This document shows positions 39,552 to 47,995 of a stretch of 64,000 nucleotides of DNA, piece after piece (the first letter of the stretch is position 1; each line of letters begins with the position of its first letter). Source of the DNA: Longimicrobiales bacterium (lineage in GTDB: Bacteria > Gemmatimonadota > Gemmatimonadetes > Longimicrobiales > Gaopeijiaceae); NCBI GenBank assembly GCA_965226375.1, contig CBDDCX010000008.1:64001-128000 (forward strand), written 5' to 3'. Below the pieces are notes generated by a model. The model was not told the origin of the DNA, did no database searches, and worked only from the letters and a program-made list of their open reading frames with translations. Made by a program: the position numbers and the translations under genes.

Positions 39552-39601
39552 GTGAAATATATTTTACAGTTCATTGACCCCCTCGGTGGCGCTGCCATAT
39601 T
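39552..39601 (+). promoter_or_regulatory. AT-rich imperfect palindrome plus candidate sigma70 promoter
   Basis: GTGAAATATATTTTAC (39552-39567, 14/16 symmetric), then TTGACC-N16-CATATT. Confidence 0.3.
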
Positions 39602-39683
39602 CGTAGTTCGTCATCATGGTTGAGGACACATTCGAATCGGCTCGGATTGCACCGGGCTAGGGTGGCTGTGTGAGGAAGAGGAT

Positions 39684-41876
39684 ATGAAGAGCACTGAGGC
39701 GCTGATCTGTGCGACCCTCGCCCTGTCTTGGGCCACCCCGGCCTTCGCTCAGGATCTGATCGAACCGTTCCACACCGATTCTCCACCGGTCATCGATGGT
39801 AGGCTCGACGACGCCGTTTGGCAGGCTATCACGCCTGTCTCCGGATTCAAGACCTTCAGCCCCGACTACGGCGCCGACATGGTGGGTGACACCCATGTGT
39901 TCATGGCCTACGACGCAGAGAACCTCTACTTCGCTTTTCGCGCGTTCGACCCTGAGCCCGATCAACTCAAAGCGACGATGACGAGCCGCGACAACATCTT
40001 CGGTGAGGATTGGGTCGCCGTTAATCTCGATACCTTCGGGGACCACCAGTCGCTCAACGCGTTCTACTCCAACCCCCTCGGCATCCAGGGCGACGGGCGT
40101 TACGCGTCCGGCAACGAAGACCGCAACGTCGACATGGTCTGGTACAGCAGCGGCCGTATCGACGATCGTGGCTACACCGTCGAAATGAGCATTCCCCTCA
40201 AGAGCATCCGTTTCGCGGATACGGACCCGGTGCGTATGGGCGTGATCTTCGAACGCAAGGTGTTCCGCAATTCACAACAGGGCACGAGTCCAGAGTTGGA
40301 TCCGGCCATGGCGGGGCAGTGGTTGAACCAGATGCAACCGCTTGCCTATCGGGGCATCGAGAGCCATCGCCTGCTGGAGCTGCTCCCGGCGGGCACCTAT
40401 TCGTTGGACCAAGCCAACGAAGAGGGGCGACTCAACACCACCGAAGAGCTGGGCGAGTTCAGCCTTACAGCTAAGTATGGCCTCGCGTCCGACCTGGTCC
40501 TCGACGCGACCTACAATCCCGACTTCAGCCAGATCGAGGCCGACGCTGGACAGGTGGACGTCAACCTCAGGTTCGACCTGTTCTTCCCGGAAAAGAGACC
40601 GTTTTTCCTAGAGGGCCGCGAGCACTTCGGCATCGCTGCCACGGCCAAGTCCCATCTCGATCCTCTCCGTTCCGTCTTTTACACCAGGAAGATCGTCGAT
40701 CCTATCACGGGGGCCCGCGTCTCGGGTAGGCTCGGGAGTGCTCACACGATCGCGACGGTCTACGCGGCGGACGAGCTGCCCGGAGAGGGGTTGGAGGGGG
40801 GTACGGCGTATGCCCACGTGCCCGTGGTTCGCTACAAACGTGCCCTGGACGACGATACGTACGTCGGTGGGATCTATGCCGGTCGCGAGCTCAACGGTGA
40901 CTTCAACCGGGTCGCCGGTGTGGACGGCTACTTTCGCGTCAGCGCGTCGGGTTCCATCGGCTTCCATGGTCTCATGTCCCGGACGCAAGACGCGCTTCTC
41001 ACACCGTCAGGTGGACAGTCGATCGGTGCCTCCACCGTGGGTGGTCACGCCCTGGGTGCTCGCTTTGGAGTGGCGAGCCGCGATGTCGACTACCACGTGG
41101 CGTACACGGACATCTCCCGGGACTTCCAGGTGGACATGGGCTTCCTCACGCGAACCGGCGTGCGTCAGATCGGCGGCCAACTCAAACCCAAGTTCTACCC
41201 GAGCGCCGACTTCGTCCGCCGGATCGACCTAGACCTTTCCACCACTCAGACGCTGGATGTAGAGAGTGATCTCTGGGAGACCTCGAACAGCATCGGCCTT
41301 TCGAACTTTCTGTTCGGGAGCCTCACGGTGCGCGGAGATTATGCCTACTCGACCGAGATCTTCCTGGGCCAAGAATTCAAAACGGGTGGGTATTCAGTCA
41401 GCCTCATCAACCAGTTCTCGGACCGGATCAACGTCGGCACCGTGTTCCGTAGCGGGAAGTCGCCCTTTTATTCGGCCGATCCGTATCAGGGTCGCTCTCG
41501 GCGACTTTCGGGCACACTCGGAATGCGGCCGTCGAAAAACCTCGACGCCGAACTGCGATTCACCTACGTGGACTTCTTCCGAGAGTCCGACTCCGAGAAG
41601 ATCTACGACTATCCCATTCTCCGCGGCCGGCTCACCTATCAGATGAACAAGTACCTGTTCTTCCGGGGGATCGTGGAGTACAACGACTTCCGGGAGGAGT
41701 TGGTCACGGATTTCCTGGCCTCGTTCACCTACATCCCGGGAACGGTCATGCACCTGGGCTACGGATCCCTCTATGAGCAGACCGAGTGGGATGGCGGGCA
41801 GTTCAATCCCAGTGACCGGTTCCGCGAGATGCAGCGCCGCCTCTTCTTCAAGACCTCGTATCTGTTCCGAAACTAG
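39684..41876 (+). CDS. CBM9-like/DUF5916 outer-membrane-type protein
   Basis: Signal peptide, PVIDGRLDDAVW, YDAENLYFAF, NPDFSQIEAD, FFPEKRPFFLEG, C-terminal FFKTSYLF. Confidence 0.88.
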   Translation: MKSTEALICATLALSWATPAFAQDLIEPFHTDSPPVIDGRLDDAVWQAITPVSGFKTFSPDYGADMVGDTHVFMAYDAENLYFAFRAFDPEPDQLKATMTSRDNIFGEDWVAVNLDTFGDHQSLNAFYSNPLGIQGDGRYASGNEDRNVDMVWYSSGRIDDRGYTVEMSIPLKSIRFADTDPVRMGVIFERKVFRNSQQGTSPELDPAMAGQWLNQMQPLAYRGIESHRLLELLPAGTYSLDQANEEGRLNTTEELGEFSLTAKYGLASDLVLDATYNPDFSQIEADAGQVDVNLRFDLFFPEKRPFFLEGREHFGIAATAKSHLDPLRSVFYTRKIVDPITGARVSGRLGSAHTIATVYAADELPGEGLEGGTAYAHVPVVRYKRALDDDTYVGGIYAGRELNGDFNRVAGVDGYFRVSASGSIGFHGLMSRTQDALLTPSGGQSIGASTVGGHALGARFGVASRDVDYHVAYTDISRDFQVDMGFLTRTGVRQIGGQLKPKFYPSADFVRRIDLDLSTTQTLDVESDLWETSNSIGLSNFLFGSLTVRGDYAYSTEIFLGQEFKTGGYSVSLINQFSDRINVGTVFRSGKSPFYSADPYQGRSRRLSGTLGMRPSKNLDAELRFTYVDFFRESDSEKIYDYPILRGRLTYQMNKYLFFRGIVEYNDFREELVTDFLASFTYIPGTVMHLGYGSLYEQTEWDGGQFNPSDRFREMQRRLFFKTSYLFRN

Positions 41877-41970
41877 TGTCCTGAGTCAGAAGTCCGGCGC
41901 AGAACCGAGGGGGCCGAGGGTGGATGCATCGGGTCACGAATTCCGGCGGACTTCTGACTCAGGACACTAG
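41873..41970. mobile_element. 98-bp MITE-like element with perfect 24-bp terminal inverted repeats bounded by CTAG
   Basis: CTAGTGTCCTGAGTCAGAAGTCCG (41873-41896) is the exact reverse complement of 41947-41970. Confidence 0.65.
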
Positions 41971-41984
41971 TGGGATGTCGGGCC

Positions 41985-42905
41985 TCAACCGCCGCCGTAG
42001 ATCGGAATACCCAGCTGCGCGGCATCGATCTCGAAGATGTCCGCGTCGCCGTCCTTATGGCTGGTGAAGTACAGGGTCCGGCCGTTGGTAGAGAGGGCCG
42101 GTCCGTACTCGTACTCCGGTGAGTTGACGCCCGGTCCCAAGTTCTGGGGCGTCGACCAACCACGCACCGTTCGTATGGACAGCCAGAGATCGTCCCCGCC
42201 GTACCCTTCGGGATCGTCCGTCCGAGCAAAGATAATGAAGCGCTGTTGCGGATCTACGAACACGTCGGCCTCGGAATTCTCCGTGTTCACGACGGCTCCC
42301 AGTGACTCGACCGCGTAACCCGTCGGACCCGGCGTTGCCTTGTAGAGGTCGGAGCGCCCCAGACCGCCCTCCCGATCCGAGGCGAAGTAGATCGTCCCGT
42401 CGAGCGCCACCGACGGATGGATCTCATTCGCTTCTGTGTTCACAGGGGAGGGGAGGGGTCGGAGTGGCCCCCAGCCGTCTTCCAGAAGCTCGATGAGCCA
42501 GATGTCGAGGTGGTCCAGGGCCTGGTCACCTTGCCCGGCGCGTGGCCGGTTCGACGAGTAGAAGAGCACTCTCCCGTCGACGCTCAGGCGAGCGCCTCGG
42601 TCCTCATAGGATCCCGAGAACGGCGCTAGTTGAGGTTCACTCCACCCGTCGGCGGTGCGTCGCGAGATGTGGACCCCGTGGTCGCCCCAGTTGGAGTTGT
42701 GGCGGCCGAAGACGGCGATCTGGTGCGCCGGATCGAAGGTGATCCAGGATTCGCCGCCCTCCGTGGAGAGCGTACCGGGGCCTACGATGGTCGCCGCGCC
42801 TACTTCCGCTTCGGTTCCCCCGCCAGGGTCCGCTGCACGATCCCCGCCGCATCCGTTCGTGAGGAGCAGGGTCAGGACGATCGTAGTGCTGGCTCGGACG
42901 GACAT
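41985..42905 (-). CDS. PD40/TolB-like beta-propeller lipoprotein
   Basis: Lipobox TNGC; repeats IYFASDREGGLGRSDLY, PQNLGPGVNS, GRTLYFTS. Confidence 0.85.
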   Translation of the reverse strand: MSVRASTTIVLTLLLTNGCGGDRAADPGGGTEAEVGAATIVGPGTLSTEGGESWITFDPAHQIAVFGRHNSNWGDHGVHISRRTADGWSEPQLAPFSGSYEDRGARLSVDGRVLFYSSNRPRAGQGDQALDHLDIWLIELLEDGWGPLRPLPSPVNTEANEIHPSVALDGTIYFASDREGGLGRSDLYKATPGPTGYAVESLGAVVNTENSEADVFVDPQQRFIIFARTDDPEGYGGDDLWLSIRTVRGWSTPQNLGPGVNSPEYEYGPALSTNGRTLYFTSHKDGDADIFEIDAAQLGIPIYGGG

Positions 42906-43053
42906 GCTGGATCTCCAATGAAGAGTGGCCGGGCTCAGCGGACCATCCCCGTCCCTGTTCCCGTTCACCGTCGATCGCATACATCCCCTTGGTCGACGAC
43001 GCTTGTCATACCGTGCTGGCGCTTCAGAGTTCTGACCGTCGCCATGGCCCTGC

Positions 43054-43683
43054 CTAACTGGGCCCGATAGGCCGCACCTCGATGGTGCCCCCCCGCCGAA
43101 GGTGGGGATGTCCTCGCGCGAGCTCTACGGCCTCGTCGATATCGGAGGCCTGGACGACGAAATAGCCGCCCAGGTCGAGAGGGCCGGTCGGGTTGGAGTT
43201 CTCGGGAGCGACCATCCGGCTGTCGTCGAGTAGGCGCTCTCCCGACACCTCTCGCCCCGACCCCCGAATCTCTCTCGCCCAGGCAGCGTACTCGCTCACG
43301 ACACCAGCCTCCGCACCGGGCGGTGGCGGGGACACGGCGGGATCGGTGTAGATGAGAAAGGCGTAGCGGGGCTCGAGGATTGGACCCACCACGAACTGCT
43401 GGGCGGTGTCGTCGCCCTCGATGCGCGGTCGCTCGGGAGCGCCACTCCCCAGCCGGGTGCCGCCCCAAAACGCGACGACCAGCGCGGCGGCCTGTGCTAG
43501 CGGCTTCAACCCCGGTCGGCGGGTTCGGGGGACCGCATGTCGCCAATCAGCAACGACACGCTCTTCGAGTGCGCGTGTGGGATCGCGATCGCCGTACAGG
43601 GCTTGCACGGCCTCATTTTCCTCAGCCGTACTATCGAGTTCGTCTGGTACTGGTGCTCCCGGGCCCTCATGGTCGGTGTTCAT
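43054..43683 (-). CDS. Membrane-anchored YciI/YCII (DGPF-type) domain protein, candidate anti-sigma factor
   Basis: Acidic N-terminus, one TM (AAALVVAFWGG), LGGYFVVQASDIDEAVELARGHP...IEVRPI. ATGA overlap with the sigma gene. Confidence 0.78.
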   Translation of the reverse strand: MNTDHEGPGAPVPDELDSTAEENEAVQALYGDRDPTRALEERVVADWRHAVPRTRRPGLKPLAQAAALVVAFWGGTRLGSGAPERPRIEGDDTAQQFVVGPILEPRYAFLIYTDPAVSPPPPGAEAGVVSEYAAWAREIRGSGREVSGERLLDDSRMVAPENSNPTGPLDLGGYFVVQASDIDEAVELARGHPHLRRGGTIEVRPIGPS

Positions 43684-44222
43684 CGTGCTTCACTCTTCCG
43701 TGGTTCCATGGCGGCCCGCAGCCATCCACGGGCGCGGGCGAGTTGGCTCTTGGAGGTGCCTGGGGCGATGCCCAGGGTCTCGGCTATCTCTGCGTGTCGA
43801 TATCCTTCCACGTGCAGGACCAGCACCGCTCGATACCCGGGCGGCATGGCCTCGAAGGCGCGCTCCAGGTCGACGCGGACTTCGGGGTCGTCGGGGCTGC
43901 CGCCGGCCAGGCTCGACGGATCGGTGTCCGCCTCACCCGTCGGCCGTCGGCTTGCCCTTCGAAGGGCATCCAAGCCGCTCCTCAGCGTCACTCCATAGGC
44001 CCACGTCGAAAAGGACGATTGCCACCGGAAGGAGGGGAGAGATCGGACGATGCGCTGCCAGGCCTCTTGCACGACATCCTCGGCGTCGGTCTGATGTCCG
44101 CCGGTCAGCCGCAACGCGAGACGGTAGAGAGTGGGTGTGACACGACGATACAGCTCCCTGAACGCCGTCTCGTCACCGGCGGCCAATATGCTCTTCACCA
44201 GTTCTCTGTCCGAGCCCGTCAT
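43680..44222 (-). CDS. ECF RNA polymerase sigma factor
   Basis: GDETAFRELY, DAEDVVQEAW, SSFSTW, EGYRHAEIAETLGIAPGTSKSQLARAR. Confidence 0.93.
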   Translation of the reverse strand: MTGSDRELVKSILAAGDETAFRELYRRVTPTLYRLALRLTGGHQTDAEDVVQEAWQRIVRSLPSFRWQSSFSTWAYGVTLRSGLDALRRASRRPTGEADTDPSSLAGGSPDDPEVRVDLERAFEAMPPGYRAVLVLHVEGYRHAEIAETLGIAPGTSKSQLARARGWLRAAMEPRKSEAR

Positions 44223-44875
44223 CTCGTGGTCTTCGACTCCTGCACCGGGTCCACGAAGTCATTCACGACGATCATGATGTTGGCCCTCGGCGTCCCGGGA
44301 TCCACCACGATGGCGGCCTCGATAGAGGGAGGTCCCATGAGCCCCAACTCTTCGCCTGTCAGATAGGGATAGTAGATCATCAGGTGTGGCTTCCACGCGC
44401 CCACGTATTCGCCCTCGTCGTTATAGAGAACTTGAGCCGACGACATCATGTACGACATCGCCGGCCGCGTGGGAAGCCGGAACTCGCCGTTTCGGAGCCC
44501 CTCCGCGATCACCGCGTCGATCTCCTCCGGTGCCGCTCCTTCGTGACGCATCTCTGTAGTCTTGAGACTCATGGGGAGGATGGTGGTCGCGGCCTCGTGG
44601 TCGAAGCAATGGGGCTCGACACTTTCCACCCAGCTCCGCGACACGTAGCACGTGACTCCGCCGGTGCCTTCGACGGCGACGCGGTATCCGTCCTGGGTGA
44701 ACACGAGTACGGTCGCCGTTTCGCTGACCGCGGATGGGGCCGCACTTCTGGCCAGGGCGATCTCGAGATCTCGATCCATGGTGGATCTCGGGCCTGACTG
44801 GCCGGCGGATTCGGAGTGGGCCGACAGGGAGCCGGCCGACAACGACATCAGGGTCAGAAGCAACAACGAGTGCAT
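44219..44875 (-). CDS. Exported hypothetical protein
   Basis: Signal peptide, EIALARSAAP, CYV..PHCFD, AMSYMMS, PHLMIYYP. GAGGAG RBS. Confidence 0.8.
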   Translation of the reverse strand: MHSLLLLTLMSLSAGSLSAHSESAGQSGPRSTMDRDLEIALARSAAPSAVSETATVLVFTQDGYRVAVEGTGGVTCYVSRSWVESVEPHCFDHEAATTILPMSLKTTEMRHEGAAPEEIDAVIAEGLRNGEFRLPTRPAMSYMMSSAQVLYNDEGEYVGAWKPHLMIYYPYLTGEELGLMGPPSIEAAIVVDPGTPRANIMIVVNDFVDPVQESKTTR

Positions 44876-44916
44876 TGGGACTCTCCTCGGATCGGTGCCG
44901 CAGCGATCCCCTTCGC

Positions 44917-44944
44917 AACACGGAACAGGGCGCTCGGCGATTCA
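44917..44944 (-). promoter_or_regulatory. Candidate ECF-type promoter (TGAATC-N16-CGTGTT)
   Basis: Bipartite motif with a CGT -10 element about 40 nt upstream of the ECF operon. Confidence 0.3.
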
Positions 44945-45138
44945 CGGTATCGGTGATCGTCGGTGCGTCGCCGAAACCGGCCCCGGGGTTGCATGGGGTA
45001 GTGGGTCAACGGACCGAATACCCGATCAGCGGTGTCGTGGACACCTCACCGGCAACGGGCGATCTTTCCTGCTGTCTCTCACCTGAATCGAACGGGTCGG
45101 ACGCGCGTCGTGGCCGGCCATCTCCATAGGGAAACCGC

Positions 45139-46695
45139 ATGAGTCACGTCCTGAAGAATCTCGGTATCGAGGACCACAACCTCGGAGGATTCTGCGGCGA
45201 ATGGCTGGGCTCGGGCCCCGAGCTCCAGGTCACTACCCCCATCGACGGATCGGTCATCGGGATCGTTCAGCAGGTCACCGAGGACGAATACGATCGCATC
45301 GTGGATCGGGCACACGAGGCCTTTCTCCACTGGCGGACCGTGCCCGCGCCCCGGCGGGGCGAACTGGTGCGACAGATCGGCGATCGACTCCGTGAGTTGA
45401 AGTCCGATCTGGGTGCTCTGGTGGCGCTGGAGATGGGCAAGATTCAGGCGGAGGGCGAGGGCGAGGTCCAAGAGATGATCGACATCTGTGACTTCGCCAC
45501 GGGACTTTCGCGTCAGCTCTACGGACTCACGATCGCCTCGGAGCGCCAGGACCACCGCATGATGGAGCAGTGGCATCCGCTCGGAGTTGTGGGCGTCATC
45601 AGCGCGTTCAACTTCCCCGTGGCGGTATGGAGCTGGAATGCGGCCCTGGCTTCGGTTTGTGGCGATTCCGTCCTTTGGAAGCCGGCCAGCCAGACGCCAC
45701 TGACGGCGATCGCAGTGACCAAGATTGCGCAGTCGGTCTGCGAGGATAACGGAGTGGACCCCGCTGTCTTCTCCCTGACGGTGGGGAAGGGGTCCAGTGT
45801 GGGTGACCGGCTCCTACACGATCGCCGCATCCCGCTCGTGTCCGCCACCGGCAGCTGTGCCGTGGGTTATCGCGTTGCCGAGGTGGTCGGAAAGAGACTC
45901 GGCCGAACGATCCTGGAGCTCGGCGGCAACAACGCGATCATCGTCACGCCGCACGCCAACCTGGATATTGCCTTGCCCGGCATCGTCTTCGGCTCGGTCG
46001 GTACGGCCGGTCAGCGCTGCACGAGCACGCGTCGCATCATCGTGCACGAGTCCGTGCGGGACGAGCTGGTCAGCCGGCTCATCCGCGCGTACGAGGGGGT
46101 TCGGATCGGAGATCCTCGCGAACCCGAGACGCTCATGGGTCCGCTCGTCAACCTCGGGGCCGTGGACGACCTGCAGAACGCCGTTCGACGGGTGCAGGAA
46201 GAGGGAGGGGAGATCCTTTACGGTGGTGAGCGCCTTGACGGGGACCAGTACCCCGGCGGACACTACGTCACGCCCTGCATCGCGAGTGCCAAGAACGAGT
46301 ACGAAATCGTGCAGGAAGAGACGTTCGCGCCGATCCTCTACATCATCGGATACGGAAACGCGTCGTCCTCGCCAGGGGAGTCGGTGGATGAGCTCGATGA
46401 AGCGATGGCCATTCACAACGGCGTTCCCCAGGGACTCTCCTCGGCCATCTTTACGGACCACGTCCGTGAGGCCGAATACTTCCTGTCGCACCGAGGGAGC
46501 GACTGCGGGATCGCCAACGTGAACATCGGCACCAGCGGTGCCGAGATCGGTGGGGCCTTCGGCGGTGAGAAGGAGACCGGCGGTGGGCGAGAATCCGGTT
46601 CCGACGCCTGGAAGGCCTACATGCGCCGACAGACGAACACGGTCAACTGGAGCACTGAGCTCCCCCTGGCTCAAGGTATCGAGTTCGGGTCGTAG
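45139..46695 (+). CDS. Aldehyde dehydrogenase family 7 (antiquitin / piperideine-6-carboxylate dehydrogenase-like)
   Basis: PAPRRGELVRQ, ISAFNFPVAVW, ELGGNNA, TAGQRCT, GAEIGGAFGGEKETGGGRESGSDAWK. Confidence 0.92.
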   Translation: MSHVLKNLGIEDHNLGGFCGEWLGSGPELQVTTPIDGSVIGIVQQVTEDEYDRIVDRAHEAFLHWRTVPAPRRGELVRQIGDRLRELKSDLGALVALEMGKIQAEGEGEVQEMIDICDFATGLSRQLYGLTIASERQDHRMMEQWHPLGVVGVISAFNFPVAVWSWNAALASVCGDSVLWKPASQTPLTAIAVTKIAQSVCEDNGVDPAVFSLTVGKGSSVGDRLLHDRRIPLVSATGSCAVGYRVAEVVGKRLGRTILELGGNNAIIVTPHANLDIALPGIVFGSVGTAGQRCTSTRRIIVHESVRDELVSRLIRAYEGVRIGDPREPETLMGPLVNLGAVDDLQNAVRRVQEEGGEILYGGERLDGDQYPGGHYVTPCIASAKNEYEIVQEETFAPILYIIGYGNASSSPGESVDELDEAMAIHNGVPQGLSSAIFTDHVREAEYFLSHRGSDCGIANVNIGTSGAEIGGAFGGEKETGGGRESGSDAWKAYMRRQTNTVNWSTELPLAQGIEFGS

Positions 46696-46805
46696 GGATT
46701 CCCCATCACTTCATGATGAATCCGGACGGTCCCCTCGTACGTATATTTGATGTGGTACTACGGACACCAGGCGTCGAGAACGCCTGATTTCGAGGAGGTT
46801 GGTCG

Positions 46806-47030
46806 GTGGCACGTTGCAGCGCTACGACGAAAAAGGGGACCCAGTGTCGGCTCAACGCCCTGGAGGGCTCCGACTTCTGTGCGGTCCATATCAGTCAGGA
46901 TCCGTCGGCTCCGACCGGCCGGGAGGCCATCGAGGAGCTCGAGAACCGACTCAGTGAGACGGCGAAGACCGTGCTCGGATTGGCGATCGCCGCCGGTATC
47001 GTTCTTTCGGTCTTGATCAAGCGTCGCTAG
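46806..47030 (+). CDS. Small CCCH zinc-finger-like protein with a C-terminal TM anchor
   Basis: RCSATTKKGTQC...FCAVH, hydrophobic tail ending KRR, GAGGAGG RBS. Confidence 0.72.
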   Translation: MARCSATTKKGTQCRLNALEGSDFCAVHISQDPSAPTGREAIEELENRLSETAKTVLGLAIAAGIVLSVLIKRR

Positions 47031-47097
47031 ACGCCAGGGGCGCTTCCGGCGCCGGGTTCCCCGGCTCCGGGGCCTCAGGCGCTGGACAACCCGACCG

Positions 47098-47289
47098 CTA
47101 ATTTCCCCCGATCGGCTCTCCGCCCCGGTCGTCCAGCAGCCGGTTGAAGCGGGCGACGTCCTCTCCGGAGAGCGTCTCCATCTGTCGCTGGTAGTCTTCC
47201 AGCTCACTCAGTAGCATGTCGAAGACCTCTCGGGCCTGGTCTGTTGGGCCATCGTCCGTACCCGTGATGTAGCCCGCGAGGCCGGCGAC
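47098..47289 (-). pseudogene. C-terminal remnant of a large VPS10/BNR-type 'glycosyl hydrolase' protein
   Basis: Own translation VAGLAGYITGTDDGPTDQAREVFDMLLSELEDYQRQMETLSGEDVARFNRLL...; in-frame TAG at 47296-47298 just upstream, with no plausible start codon in front. Confidence 0.55.
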
Positions 47290-47360
47290 GGAACACTAGC
47301 GGGGTTCCGAGACCGAAGGTAGCGGTGGGCGCGGTTCGTCCCATCTTGGAGTCCCTCAGC

Positions 47361-47399
47361 GGTGTTGCTCGGCGGTGGTGCTCGGCGGTGGTGCTCGGC
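47361..47399 (+). repeat. 13-bp tandem repeat x3 (GGTGGTGCTCGGC)
   Basis: Direct reading; the first copy has one mismatch. Confidence 0.85.
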
Positions 47400-47427
47400 G
47401 GGTGTTTTGGTTTCGGGAGGTCGTGGA

Positions 47428-47934
47428 ATGGCGAATTGGCGGCGGTGGCTCAGCGTGTTGAATGGTGTGGCGTGTGCGTTCCTCGTGGGCCTCGGGGGGG
47501 CATGTGGACCGCAGGCCTCGCAGGAGAGTGCCCCAGGGCTCGATCTCCAAAGCGTGAGGGAGTCGCTCCTAGAGGCCGACCGCGCGTTCAACCGGGCCAC
47601 TCAGGAGTCCGGGGCGGACGGTTGGGTATCCTTCTTCGACGATGCAGGGGCGATGATCCAGGCCGGGGCGGGTGAGATACGGGGTCTCGAGGCCATACGA
47701 GAAGCGATGGAGGGCACGTTCTCGTCGTCAGGCGTCTCCCTCACGTGGCGTCCGACTCGGGCACACGCGTCCGATGACGGCACCCTCGGCTTCACCGTGG
47801 GCGAGTATGAATCCACCAGCCCGGGGTCCGATGGCGAACCGGTCGTAGGTCACGGGTTGTACGTGAGCATCTGGGTTATGCAGCCCGACGGCTCATGGAA
47901 GGTGATCATGGATCTTGGTAATCCGACGAGCTGA
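47428..47934 (+). CDS. NTF2-like/DUF4440 (YybH) lipoprotein
   Basis: Lipobox GGAC, LLEADRAF, DGTLGFTVG, YVSIW..QPDGSWKVIMD. GGGAGG RBS. Confidence 0.85.
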   Translation: MANWRRWLSVLNGVACAFLVGLGGACGPQASQESAPGLDLQSVRESLLEADRAFNRATQESGADGWVSFFDDAGAMIQAGAGEIRGLEAIREAMEGTFSSSGVSLTWRPTRAHASDDGTLGFTVGEYESTSPGSDGEPVVGHGLYVSIWVMQPDGSWKVIMDLGNPTS

Positions 47935-47995
47935 ACCTTTCGGGGATTCGCATGTTAAGCGTATTCGTAGAACACTTTTCATGAGCGGAGCAGAG

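Noticed and set aside
39552..39567. Rex operator
   Set aside because: Spacing and flanks do not fit TTGTGAA-N4-TTCACAA; kept only as an unassigned palindrome.
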